Assembly (NCBI GenBank): GCA_040437565.1
Contig: JBDOQK010000019.1
Location: 248,001-312,000, forward strand
Direction of reading: 5' to 3'
Length of the DNA stretch: 64,000 bases
From: Albugo candida
Lineage: Eukaryota
The position numbers were made by a program, and so were the translations under genes. Under the pieces are notes generated by a model. That model was given only the letters and a program-made list of their open reading frames with translations, was not told the origin of the DNA and made no database searches. Positions 34,679-45,218 of the stretch are shown piece by piece (the stretch's first letter is position 1; the number at the start of each line of letters is the position of its first letter).

Positions 34679-37219
34679 ATGATGCCAATCACCTCTGCAA
34701 CAAAAGGCTCTTCATTTCGTTGTCTTGAGACATATTACATGCAACATGCGGGGTTGCGTCGTACAGAGTCTACGACAACGCTGTCGACTAGCANNNNNNN
34801 NNNNNNNNNNNNNNNNNNNNNNNNNNNNNNNNNNNNNNNNNNNNNNNNNNNNNNNNNNNNNNNNNNNNNNNNNNNNNNNNNNNNNNNNNNNNNAGACATA
34901 TTACATGCAACATGCGGGGTTGCGTCGTACAGAGTCTACGACAACGCTGTCGACTAGCACGTGGGAGCTTCCAAAATGGGAATTACGATCTTTCCAATCA
35001 TCTTGTACTACTTTTTCGTGTACTTTGGATGCTTGTATCGTCGAACAAAGTGGAACCAGGTCTTCTTTTAAGAGTGCTATTGCGCACGCTCTCAGCATAC
35101 TAAAACACAAGATACCACCGTACTGTATGCCAGTACTAAACTTTAGGAACTGGATCAAGTCACGTCCAAAGCGCTCTCGTGCATTACAAAGGATTTACTT
35201 GAAAAGACCCTCAAAAAGCCCACCTCTTCTTCGATCACTGCCTATTGAGCTTATTGCACTCGCAATTGGATTTCTCGATGGAAAGTGCATACTGAATGTT
35301 GCTTGTGTGTCCAAAGCTCTATGCAAAGAAACATACCTGCATGAAAACATCTGGAAAAGACTATGCCTGAAAAAATGGCCTAGCTTGCAAATTCAAGATA
35401 TACAGCAATTACCCGAAGCTCCAAACTATGATGTCAGTTCGTGAGTAGTCTGCATAAAAGAATTGCTAAATTCACGTACAACTCTTGTGTCACCTTAGAT
35501 CATTCACTCATATGGTGGCAGTTGGCGGCGGTGTTTTCAGCAGAATCATTCTTACGAGCAAAGTACTTTGTTTACGATTGAATTAAACGACTTTCCCAAT
35601 CTTCGTGACGACAGAATAATCAGTGAAACGTTCTCAATATTGGAGCATGACTTCTGTTTGTGGGTGCTACCACGGGGTAATCCAAATGAACCTAGGTATG
35701 CTGGTCAAGCTCTTAGTGTTTACCTCGTGATGACAAACCTGGAAAAAAGGGAGACAGGCTGGTCGACCTGCGCCATCTTTACATTATCTGTGTTACACTC
35801 TAAAGATCCTGCAAAAAATATCAACTGGCATTCTAACTTGATCGATAACAAATTATGTGCAGAAATCGATAATTGGGGTGTTCACTGCTTCGAATCACTT
35901 TCCATGCTAAAAGACCCCGAGTCTGGATATCTCCATCGAGAAGGAAAGACTCATACCCTCAAAATCCAGGCTCATGTGAGAATTATGACCATCACATTTC
36001 GTATCGTATTTGAAAGTGATTTGCATCAATATCATGGCTTGGGATTGCTAAGTCTTCCTAACGTAATTTCTTTGCAACTTTCTCTCTGCAGTACTTTGCA
36101 GGAGTTACTGGATGCGCTGCAACCTCATATCCCATATAATAGAAATGGTCCTCTGCACCAACATTTGCGAGTATGGTGCTGTAGTCAACCAATAACGCCA
36201 ACCCTGCCCATGCGTCCAACCAAGTTGCTAACTACAGCAACAGCAGATCGGGGAAACTCAATGTTTGGTTCTCTACTTTGTGATGGCACAGATATTGATG
36301 CTTACTCATTTTGTTATCTTTACGTGGAAGACACCAACAATACAAACAGAAAGGTCGCTGGAGATCGATCAGACAGGACTGAATTGCAAAAAGCAAATCT
36401 CGTTCCTGCTAGACTTGCAAGTGGGTATGATATGAGCGATAACTATGATAATTATGTCTTCATGAAGGCACTGCATCCAACTAGCCATAAGCTACAATTT
36501 ATTGGCAAGTTTGGCTGGTCCACTATGACAAAGATGAGCACCATGATGCTCTGCAAACGTGCTGCTGAGATATTGAGATGTTCCTGGATCAATTTAGAAG
36601 TATATAGAGAAGAGGCTCCTCCAAGATTACTCTCTGGTCCAATTCCTGTGTCCGATGCACAATCTGATATACTGAAGGCTTCAGACATTGTTATATTTGC
36701 AGTGAAGACGACATCGAAAGATAATACACTGCAGAGCGTGATGGAAGAACTCTTATGGTCCCATTATGAGTATGCAGCCAAGTTGTTATCGAAGGAGAAC
36801 AGCTATCCTAATTTACGAGATATAGAAGAAGCTATGCAATTCTTCCAGATTCCCAGATACTGCGTGCGGAATGTCTTTCACAAATGCGATCAGAACGCGA
36901 GAAGGACGTTGGAATATATCATGGAAGGACGCCAGCTTGGTTTTGCTTGTGACAAATGTGAAGAGATTGATTTTCTTGGCTCTCGTTTCAACTGCCTAGA
37001 GTGTTCTGATTACGATGAATGCCAGGCTTGCTCAGGTACACTGACATATATCGCACATGCTCGAATTCATCTCAGTCCGTTGTTATAGGGGACAACGAGC
37101 TAGCAAATCATGGATGTATTGCATCTACTCAGCGAGGACGCTCAACTCATGATCAGACACACACAATGTTGGAGATACTACCGCTTTTTTACAATTTCCC
37201 AAGTGCCAAATATTATTGA
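34679..37219 (+). CDS. F-box + MATH/TRAF + USP7-type UBL1-UBL2 + UBA-like + ZZ zinc-finger protein, 3 exons
   Basis: F-box: LRSLPIELIALAIGFLDGKCILNVACVSK...IWKRLC. Intron 35433-35499 joins in frame to the MATH domain (FTIELNDF...LWVLPRGN...LSVYL...AIFTLSV...NWG). USP7-like UBL motifs follow, then ZZ (CDKCEEIDFLGSRFNCLECSDYDECQAC...H..H) across a second intron. Collapsing the gap duplication gives a continuous N-terminus. Confidence 0.85.
34728..34959. repeat. 66-bp direct duplication flanking 100-N gap (34794-34893)
   Basis: 34728-34793 is repeated from 34894. Confidence 0.9.
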
Positions 37220-37434
37220 CAGAAGTACAACGCAATGATTTCCAAAGATGTTTTTAAACATGACAAGCGACAATATCTTATCTGCTGATAATCACATCTG
37301 ATGGTAAGTGTATTCTATCGTGTTTCCACCTTTTGCAATACGTACACAGATGTGCAAGCTTAAGTCTAATTCAACGCTATACAATCGCTATTTTTTATAT
37401 TCATGTTAGGAACGGAGGAGCCTACAAACTGCTT

Positions 37435-37704
37435 CTACTGTTGCTGATTCTTTTGCTGTTGTTCCAAAACTTCAGCATAACTTTCTTGTAATCGGATCGA
37501 TGATCTCATGGTGTGCCGCAAAAACTTTTCAGCGCAAGTATTTACACAATTGGACTCTTTGTCATCAAGTTTCTTACTTCGAAACGAATGCACACATTCT
37601 GTGAAACATAGCTCCACAGTGCGACTAAAGTACGCGATCGTCTGTGTGATACGCATTTCTTCCAAGTGCTCTTCCATTTTACGTTCGAGTTCACGTTGAC
37701 TCAT
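37435..37704 (-). CDS. TIM9: Small Tim chaperone of the mitochondrial intermembrane space (Tim9-like)
   Basis: Twin CX3C motif: VELCFTECVHSFRSKKLDDKESNCVNTCAEKFL. ATG at 37704. Confidence 0.88.
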   Translation of the reverse strand: MSQRELERKMEEHLEEMRITQTIAYFSRTVELCFTECVHSFRSKKLDDKESNCVNTCAEKFLRHTMRSSIRLQESYAEVLEQQQKNQQQ

Positions 37705-38348
37705 ATTTACCCCAATTCGGTTGGATGAGCTGAGCTGGTGCAAAGAGTCAAAAAGAGAAATATATCCGTTATTATTGTCAAAAAGCAACCATATCTGTTT
37801 CACTTGTCAAAGAAAGCGTTTGGAAGCTAAATCTATCAATGAAGGCGCTACTTGGGCGACTTCTAATCTACAGGGCGTGCCGCCGCATTCGATGCAGATT
37901 GTTATACTAGTCCAGAGTTCGTTAAGATCACTATGGGCACATGAAGCTGTCGATCACATTCGAATCGTATGATGCAAATCTTACCAGCGTTTTACTCGCA
38001 GAATCGCTACCGATGGACCACTACTGCAATCTTTTGCGCAGTCTAGTATATCATAATCGATTTTTGCGGAGCCGATGCTGCCGAATACTAGCTTGGAAGA
38101 GTTGTCAATTGCAAATCGCAACTGTTTGCATGTAATCTCGACATTTTCCTCTGCAATCCTGTCGACATGGAATGCTGAGTCATCCATAACACGACTGTTT
38201 TCAGATCAGTTTCTAGTCGTAGTTTCTTACATTGCTACTCTGAGATACATTAAATCGTCATGTAAGTGGAATTTTCTGATGTCGTGTGGAGCTGTATGCA
38301 CCATTCGTTCGAATATCGAAATAATACAGGAAAGGAGGTATCATTGGA

Positions 38349-40994
38349 CTAAATATCCTCTTCGTCACTCATCAATTCAATGATTGCATCATCCTCCTCA
38401 TCAAAGTCGCTAAGCTCGCTCAATTCTCCATCGCTTTGTAAAACAGGTATTCCTCGGAATGTACTGTAAAGCTTCTTGGTTCGTTTGTTACCAAGATCAT
38501 TCATCACGGTTGAGTTGTACCGATTGCCTGTTTGCTTTAGACACGCTTCTGCCATGCTATCCAGAGTAGTTTCCGACAATTTTGACGATTCAATACGCTC
38601 CAACACGGTGTATATACTTTGTCGAGCAGCAGCAGTTGCGACCGGCATTGGGCTTCTATCCACAATTTCAAGTGGCTCTGAACACTGAAACCATTCATCA
38701 AGCTGACTCCATTGACTCGAGCCGAATTCACTAGAACCCGCGAAGGAGACGTCCAGGTCATTGGCATGATTATGAAATTTCACAATTCTTGCGTTGAAGA
38801 GATCAACTGCTTTATTATCAGCTGGAGCATTTGATGGGGTGCTGCGAAGGTGAAAGCTTTGATTGGTTTTGCTTCTGTTCTTGTTCAAAATCCCCTTAGA
38901 TGGTACTTTCTTTATGAGATTCTCATTTCCGAGACGCTTTGGTTCTAGTTCTTCATAGTCATTGCTGATTTTGAGCAGATCCGTGGAAATTGTACTGAGC
39001 TCCAGTTGAGAGTCTACCAATTCTCGAGCATCCGATCGTACTGGACGGTCCGGGATATATTTGCGGTGGTGTTCATGATGTGATTGGGACGCATTTCGAA
39101 AAAAATGAAAAATACTTGTGTGTGGACGTCCACCTCGAGAAAACACTGAAAAGCGACTTCCAGAAAATGGATTTCGACTCGGTGGGGGATACGGGGGATT
39201 GCTCGAGATCGTACTTGGCCCTGCCAGTTTATTCGAGTCTCCTTCACCGTCGTGTAGTCCCTTATCATCGCGCTGATGATTGTCAGCACGACCATTTAAA
39301 CCAGTCGCATGCAGTAGAGTCTCAAACCATGTCACCCTTCGACGTAATTCAGGGCCGCTGTTTGATTTTGGTATCTCATTGGCACATTGCTCGGCCGAAA
39401 GGGATGGAGACCTCGCATTATCTTCTTGAACAATTGGTGTCTCCAACTCGAAGTAAAGTTGCGTGTGTCCCGTCCGACGGCTTTCATGTCGTCGAGCAAT
39501 TCGTAATGCCTCAGATCCGTGTAATTTATAATTTGTGTACACTTGTTGCAATTGGTGCTTCATCAAATAAAAATGCCGAGCGACAAGAAATCCAATCACC
39601 AACAGACTCTGTGTGATGATAGCATATGAGACTGTATCACGATAAGTCTGCGGAAATAAAGTGGCATGCGTCAGAAAGCACAACCAAAAGAGATGAAGCA
39701 GCTTTGTATATAGACAAAGCGTTCCAAGATGCTGGATTTCGCTCAATCTCATAGGCTGTAACCAGATATAAATCATCATGTAGAGACACAAAAGTGTGAT
39801 CATACACGCAATTTGCGAGGTAGCGTTTTGAACTAGCCCAACAATAATTCCCATACAAATGGTATATCCAGCGCGATACACAAAAAATGTCCGATTGCAT
39901 GATGAGAGCCCCTCAAAAACCGCTCCAAACTTACTCATTGTACATGAAAGCTTCAGTCTGTTGTTTTCAAGCTGCTCGTTGTAGTATGTTTCATGCAAAT
40001 GCACATGATGATTTGGGACGCAGTACAGTTTTGTCTTTTTCAGCACAAAGAATCCCAAGGAAATGTTGAAAGCACACGAGAGGAGAATGATGACAAGATA
40101 TAGCAGGCCGTATGCGATCGATTCACGACTACCAAGAGCTGTGTACACTGCATGGCTTCCGGTCATAATGATGCTGTACTCTGCGATCAAGAAAAGGAAT
40201 ATTGATAGCCATGTTACCCGACGATACCAGTATCTTATAACATCGCCAAGCTCTTCAATGTGGCGAATACATGATACTAACATGATTGATAGCAGGCAGA
40301 CTACATGAGCTAGTGCGATGGCACTAACGTATGCAAGTAGTGTCACTGCAAACAATCTTGTAGGTTCTAGGCTGATCAGGCGAGCATATCCTTCCGGTCC
40401 AACAATCTCTTCCGACAGCTGCTTGTCGTCACGTTCTGTTAGAAACGTACTGGATGAACTGGGAAAATTAAAGTTGGTCCAAGTCAGTTGGCGGCTAAAG
40501 TGGTACAAAAAAACTGGGGTACCGCGAAGTTGTAACTGGCTAATTATGCCGATAAGTTGCCCTTGCTCGATAATATACCACAGTTCCATGATGCCATTGG
40601 ATGTCAGCTCCGGATGGGGACCATCAGACGGCAGCGTGGGCCAAATCATGTAGCTTATGGCAATAAGTCCATGAATTGCAATCGACATTGCGATCAACAC
40701 TGTGATACATTTCCCAGCGTACGTATCTAGAAAATGAACAGTATGCCGAGTATTGGTCGGCCATGCCGCATTAATTCCCAAAACACAGCCAGTGCAGGTA
40801 TGGTTACTGATAGTTTCTTCCTTTAATACGGAAAGACTCTCATTCATAGGTACTTTCAAGCTTTTTTTTATTTCTTGCGCTCCCCAATCTTCTAAATATC
40901 GAAAGTACACAATGATAAACGCGAGCACCAAAGTAATGAGCGATATGAGGAAAAATTGCCGTAAGCAGCGTTGTTGGATGATAAAAGCTCTCAT
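38349..40994 (-). CDS. Multi-pass membrane protein with TRP/Flc(Pkd2)-like transmembrane region and long low-complexity C-tail
   Basis: IEQGQLIGIISQLQLRGTPVFLYHFSRQLTWTNF, KFGAVFEG and YIWLQPM resemble the fungal/oomycete TRP (Flc) Pfam region. About 9-10 hydrophobic segments. Confidence 0.65.
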   Translation of the reverse strand: MRAFIIQQRCLRQFFLISLITLVLAFIIVYFRYLEDWGAQEIKKSLKVPMNESLSVLKEETISNHTCTGCVLGINAAWPTNTRHTVHFLDTYAGKCITVLIAMSIAIHGLIAISYMIWPTLPSDGPHPELTSNGIMELWYIIEQGQLIGIISQLQLRGTPVFLYHFSRQLTWTNFNFPSSSSTFLTERDDKQLSEEIVGPEGYARLISLEPTRLFAVTLLAYVSAIALAHVVCLLSIMLVSCIRHIEELGDVIRYWYRRVTWLSIFLFLIAEYSIIMTGSHAVYTALGSRESIAYGLLYLVIILLSCAFNISLGFFVLKKTKLYCVPNHHVHLHETYYNEQLENNRLKLSCTMSKFGAVFEGLSSCNRTFFVYRAGYTICMGIIVGLVQNATSQIACMITLLCLYMMIYIWLQPMRLSEIQHLGTLCLYTKLLHLFWLCFLTHATLFPQTYRDTVSYAIITQSLLVIGFLVARHFYLMKHQLQQVYTNYKLHGSEALRIARRHESRRTGHTQLYFELETPIVQEDNARSPSLSAEQCANEIPKSNSGPELRRRVTWFETLLHATGLNGRADNHQRDDKGLHDGEGDSNKLAGPSTISSNPPYPPPSRNPFSGSRFSVFSRGGRPHTSIFHFFRNASQSHHEHHRKYIPDRPVRSDARELVDSQLELSTISTDLLKISNDYEELEPKRLGNENLIKKVPSKGILNKNRSKTNQSFHLRSTPSNAPADNKAVDLFNARIVKFHNHANDLDVSFAGSSEFGSSQWSQLDEWFQCSEPLEIVDRSPMPVATAAARQSIYTVLERIESSKLSETTLDSMAEACLKQTGNRYNSTVMNDLGNKRTKKLYSTFRGIPVLQSDGELSELSDFDEEDDAIIELMSDEEDI

Positions 40995-43006
40995 TTCACT
41001 CTCACCGTTCACGAATGAGCAGGTATCGGATGATTGCTAAATGTTTGTATATATACATAGCAGTATCTTTTGCGAAAAAGTTTTCATAAAATCTCGTCTG
41101 ACTATCTCTGACAATCTGGATTTGCTTCCACCAATCTATGCGGTTTTGTGTGCCTACTAAGCGCAATCTAAGCTACAGTACGAAAAAAAGAAAGCTTCTT
41201 TATAGATATAAACTAGTGTATGACGTAAATTTTTGCAGGGTCATCAAGTAACTTCATCGATGAAAACTTGAAAATGGCAGATATTTGTACTGACTAGATA
41301 AATTTTGAGTGCGTACTTAGATGCAATCGCTGTTAGTAACAACCAGACCCTAAAACGTGTCACGTGCAAGAGTGCCCTCCTATCGATTACTTTCCTGATT
41401 GATCGATTTAGCGTTAGAAGATACTGTGAACTGATAAGTCAGTACGAATTGAGAGGTAAGAGCACTGGATGACGGATCGCCTTTGATTGTAGGAGAGCTG
41501 GTATTGGATATGCACGTACGGCTTGTAACTGGATAGCGTTTTTCGAATGCCAGGGAGAGTGCGATCTCATAATCAACGCGTATGTATAACATGTCCATCG
41601 TCTACTCTTCCGGCGACTGATTTTTGTGTCCGTAAAGGGTCGTTTCTGTGCGGTGCGTGAAAAACCATCAAAGGAAAGCTTGAACATCTTTTCTATCAGC
41701 AGTTGCATCATGATTTCGTTACGAGCTACCCGACGTTTATTACTGGAACTGGANNNNNNNNNNNNNNNNNNNNNNNNNNNNNNNNNNNNNNNNNNNNNNN
41801 NNNNNNNNNNNNNNNNNNNNNNNNNNNNNNNNNNNNNNNNNNNNNNNNNNNNNATGTCAGCTCCGGATGGGGACCATCAGACGGCAGCGTGGGCCAAATC
41901 ATGTAGCTTATGGCAATAAGTCCATGAATTGCAATCGACATTGCGATCAACACTGTGATACATTTCCCAGCGTACGTATCTAGAAAATGAACAGTATGCC
42001 GAGTATTGGTCGGCCATGCCGCATTAATTCCCAAAACACAGCCAGTGCAGGTATGGTTACTGATAGTTTCTTCCTTTAATACGGAAAGACTCTCATTCAT
42101 AGGTACTTTCAAGCTTTTTTTTATTTCTTGCGCTCCCCAATCTTCTAAATATCGAAAGTACACAATGATAAACGCGAGCACCAAAGTAATGAGCGATATG
42201 AGGAAAAATTGCCGTAAGCAGCGTTGTTGGATGATAAAAGCTCTCATTTCACTCTCACCGTTCACGAATGAGCAGGTATCGGATGATTGCTAAATGTTTG
42301 TATATATACATAGCAGTATCTTTTGCGAAAAAGTTTTCATAAAATCTCGTCTGACTATCTCTGACAATCTGGATTTGCTTCCACCAATCTATGCGGTTTT
42401 GTGTGCCTACTAAGCGCAATCTAAGCTACAGTACGAAAAAAAGAAAGCTTCTTTATAGATATAAACTAGTGTATGACGTAAATTTTTGCAGGGTCATCAA
42501 GTAACTTCATCGATGAAAACTTGAAAATGGCAGATATTTGTACTGACTAGATAAATTTTGAGTGCGTACTTAGATGCAATCGCTGTTAGTAACAACCAGA
42601 CCCTAAAACGTGTCACGTGCAAGAGTGCCCTCCTATCGATTACTTTCCTGATTGATCGATTTAGCGTTAGAAGATACTGTGAACTGATAAGTCAGTACGA
42701 ATTGAGAGGTAAGAGCACTGGATGACGGATCGCCTTTGATTGTAGGAGAGCTGGTATTGGATATGCACGTACGGCTTGTAACTGGATAGCGTTTTTCGAA
42801 TGCCAGGGAGAGTGCGATCTCATAATCAACGCGTATGTATAACATGTCCATCGTCTACTCTTCCGGCGACTGATTTTTGTGTCCGTAAAGGGTCGTTTCT
42901 GTGCGGTGCGTGAAAAACCATCAAAGGAAAGCTTGAACATCTTTTCTATCAGCAGTTGCATCATGATTTCGTTACGAGCTACCCGACGTTTATTACTGGA
43001 ACTGGA
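40601..43006. repeat. 1153-bp direct duplication (40601-41753 / 41854-43006) flanking 100-N gap
   Basis: Identical ORF translations at an offset of 1253 bp, producing a spurious second 5' fragment of the TRP-like gene. Confidence 0.92.
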
Positions 43007-43706
43007 TATGCAAATTTGGTTGCTCGCGATGATATCCGTTCCTCAGCTGTTTGAGCACAGATTGTACGCTGCTGCTGGGAGTGTAAATGAAGAATCTTTT
43101 TCCGATAAAATATGGCAATGCGTCGTCATATCACTCTACTACTGATCGTTATGTTTTGAGTGCAACTAGAGGCCTGTTTTGGTCAATACGTGATAAACTA
43201 GGTGATTGTGTATGGGCGGCATACAGCTCATCTATACTGAGCGTTGAGCAAGCACTTGGACATTTTACTTTTGCACATCTTGACATATGAGCGGCAGGTC
43301 AAACAAGAACGGGTTTACTCCAATAATAGTAATAAAGACACAATTTTCGTAGCCAAATATGAAATTGATGACCCTGTACGTGCACGATGAGACAGCATAT
43401 TTGCATCCACTAAAGCAAACAAAAGCACAAACGTTAACAATGTTATTGATGTTGATGCGATTCCCACTTGGATGCCAAAATCTAGACTGATAAGGCTCTC
43501 ACCAAAAGTCACAATAAGATACGTCAAGCAAACAAGCATGAGTCGATATTTTTGTCACAGCAGGCTGACTTCGTCACCATTCGATGAAGATAGTAGTACT
43601 GGCAACTAGAGTGCAACGAAATAAAAGTGAAGGCTGAAAAAGTTGACCATATAATTACATGTATCATACTTGATAACGTCGATTTCGAAGTAACCATGTC
43701 GTTCAA
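42692..43706 (-). CDS. Possible multi-exon hypothetical membrane protein (model unresolved)
   Basis: Consecutive minus-strand ORFs with hydrophobic stretches (IHVIIWSTFSAFTFISL; IASTSITLLTFVLLFALV; KIVSLLLLLE). No family recognised. Confidence 0.3.
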
Positions 43707-44678
43707 CTAATCGATAGGAATGGTGGCAACATAGACTCCATGCAGGGAATACATATTCGATAAAATCAAGTATGGCTGAAGAACTTGCACGTCGGACTAT
43801 CTCGCGGTCCCGCGGGGTATAATCGATGCATCCTGAGCATAACTTTGCTCTCTTGCGATTATGTGATATGGTAACGTTGTACGAATACGCACTCAATGAG
43901 ACCTCGATACGAAAATATGCCACGTTTATCAAACGTTTACCCTCATGCCAGGCAGCGTAAACAATTCTTCCCAAACTCAGAAACGATCTGTGCATTCAAG
44001 AGGTCACGCCCACAAATTTGGTAGCAAAGGTGGTGAAAAGGACAAAAGATGATAACCTGATTCGGTCTTTGATTGAAGTTGAAGCATGACTTTGCGAATG
44101 AGCTGATTCACTTCACTGTTTGGATCACTAAACTTTTTGTTGGTCTCGCTGGGATGCCATTGGAGTTTTCTTAAGAGAAGAGACCGTCGAATCCTAACTA
44201 AGGTTTCATACTTGTGCTTATTCGATCATGGAACGCAATCCAAGAATATTCTTCTTAGACGGCTTCTAGCGCTTAACAACTGATGAGATTCTAACAAGCC
44301 ATAATGGCAATACGAGGATATGTGTTGTTTTGACTACAATGGAAGCAGTAACAAACTAATTTTGAAGTTTACACTCGTAAACGGAAGACCGAGAATGCTC
44401 GTGCTTGTGTTAGAGGTTACACAGAAAAGTGCGAGTGCGAATAATGCTCATGCGTGCAATTTGGTGGTGCCTTTTTTGGAGTACCTTGAGCCTTCATACA
44501 AGCACACGTACAAGTAGGTGAATGAATGCGATAACGAAATGGATTTCGAAATCAGTTTGTACCCCGAATGGAAATAAATAGGATACTCGGATGTAGTTTG
44601 GGGAGCAGACTTTAATAAACGTATGTCTTGGTTTGAATGAGATGTTTATTTTGATGAAGAGAAACTATTTTGTTATCT

Positions 44679-45178
44679 TTATTCCTGTGATGGCGAACCG
44701 ATCGTTGTGCAGTTCGCGAGTACGTACATTGCAAGTCGAGTGACTAACTCGGTATGAGCATATTTACGATAGAACATATCTTGATTTAGCACCACCGTGG
44801 GATACACCCACTTCTTTATATGACGGTAAACCTCATCGATGTACGCTTTTGTTTCGGACTCAACTGCGTTGTTGTAATCCCCTGTAAAAAGAAATTTCAT
44901 GGACGCAGCGATCCATATATCAGTCATGAATTTTTCATTCGAATTTGGTCCGTCGACAAACGTGAAAATCAAGTGATTGATAGACCCAATGGCTGCGTCA
45001 TACAAATTTTTACAATCGACAAGTGGATAAGCCACGGGGCATTTTTGAGCACTCAGAGTGTTTACTTCTGATGTGAGAGGGGGCACTGTCCAGTCCGGTG
45101 AATTTTGATTGAAACAGCCAGCTGAGCACTTGAATAAAGTGAAAAGAGACTAGCAGTCAAAAGCTTGAAGGAGACCAT
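44679..45178 (-). pseudogene. Small secreted protein (effector candidate) split by a 1-nt frameshift; pseudogene or homopolymer sequencing error
   Basis: Signal-peptide-like MVSFKLLTASLFSLYSSAQLA from ATG 45178. One extra base in the G5 run at 45079-45083 fuses it to the 44679-45086 ORF, giving 166 aa with 4 Cys. Confidence 0.6.
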
Positions 45179-45197
45179 AATAAAGTTGGCTATGGAT

Positions 45198-45218
45198 GGA
45201 AAATTGATTTGTGAATGA
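45198..45218 (-). promoter_or_regulatory. INR/FPR-like oomycete core promoter upstream of the secreted-protein gene
   Basis: The minus strand reads TCATTCACAAATCAATTTTCC about 20-40 nt before ATG 45178. Confidence 0.4.

Noticed and set aside
37981-38187. 68-aa minus-strand ORF between the TRP-like gene and TIM9
   Set aside because: No domain, and I could not build a convincing spliced extension.
41726-42265. Second, truncated copy of the TRP-like gene
   Set aside because: It lies wholly within the gap-flanking 1153-bp duplication.
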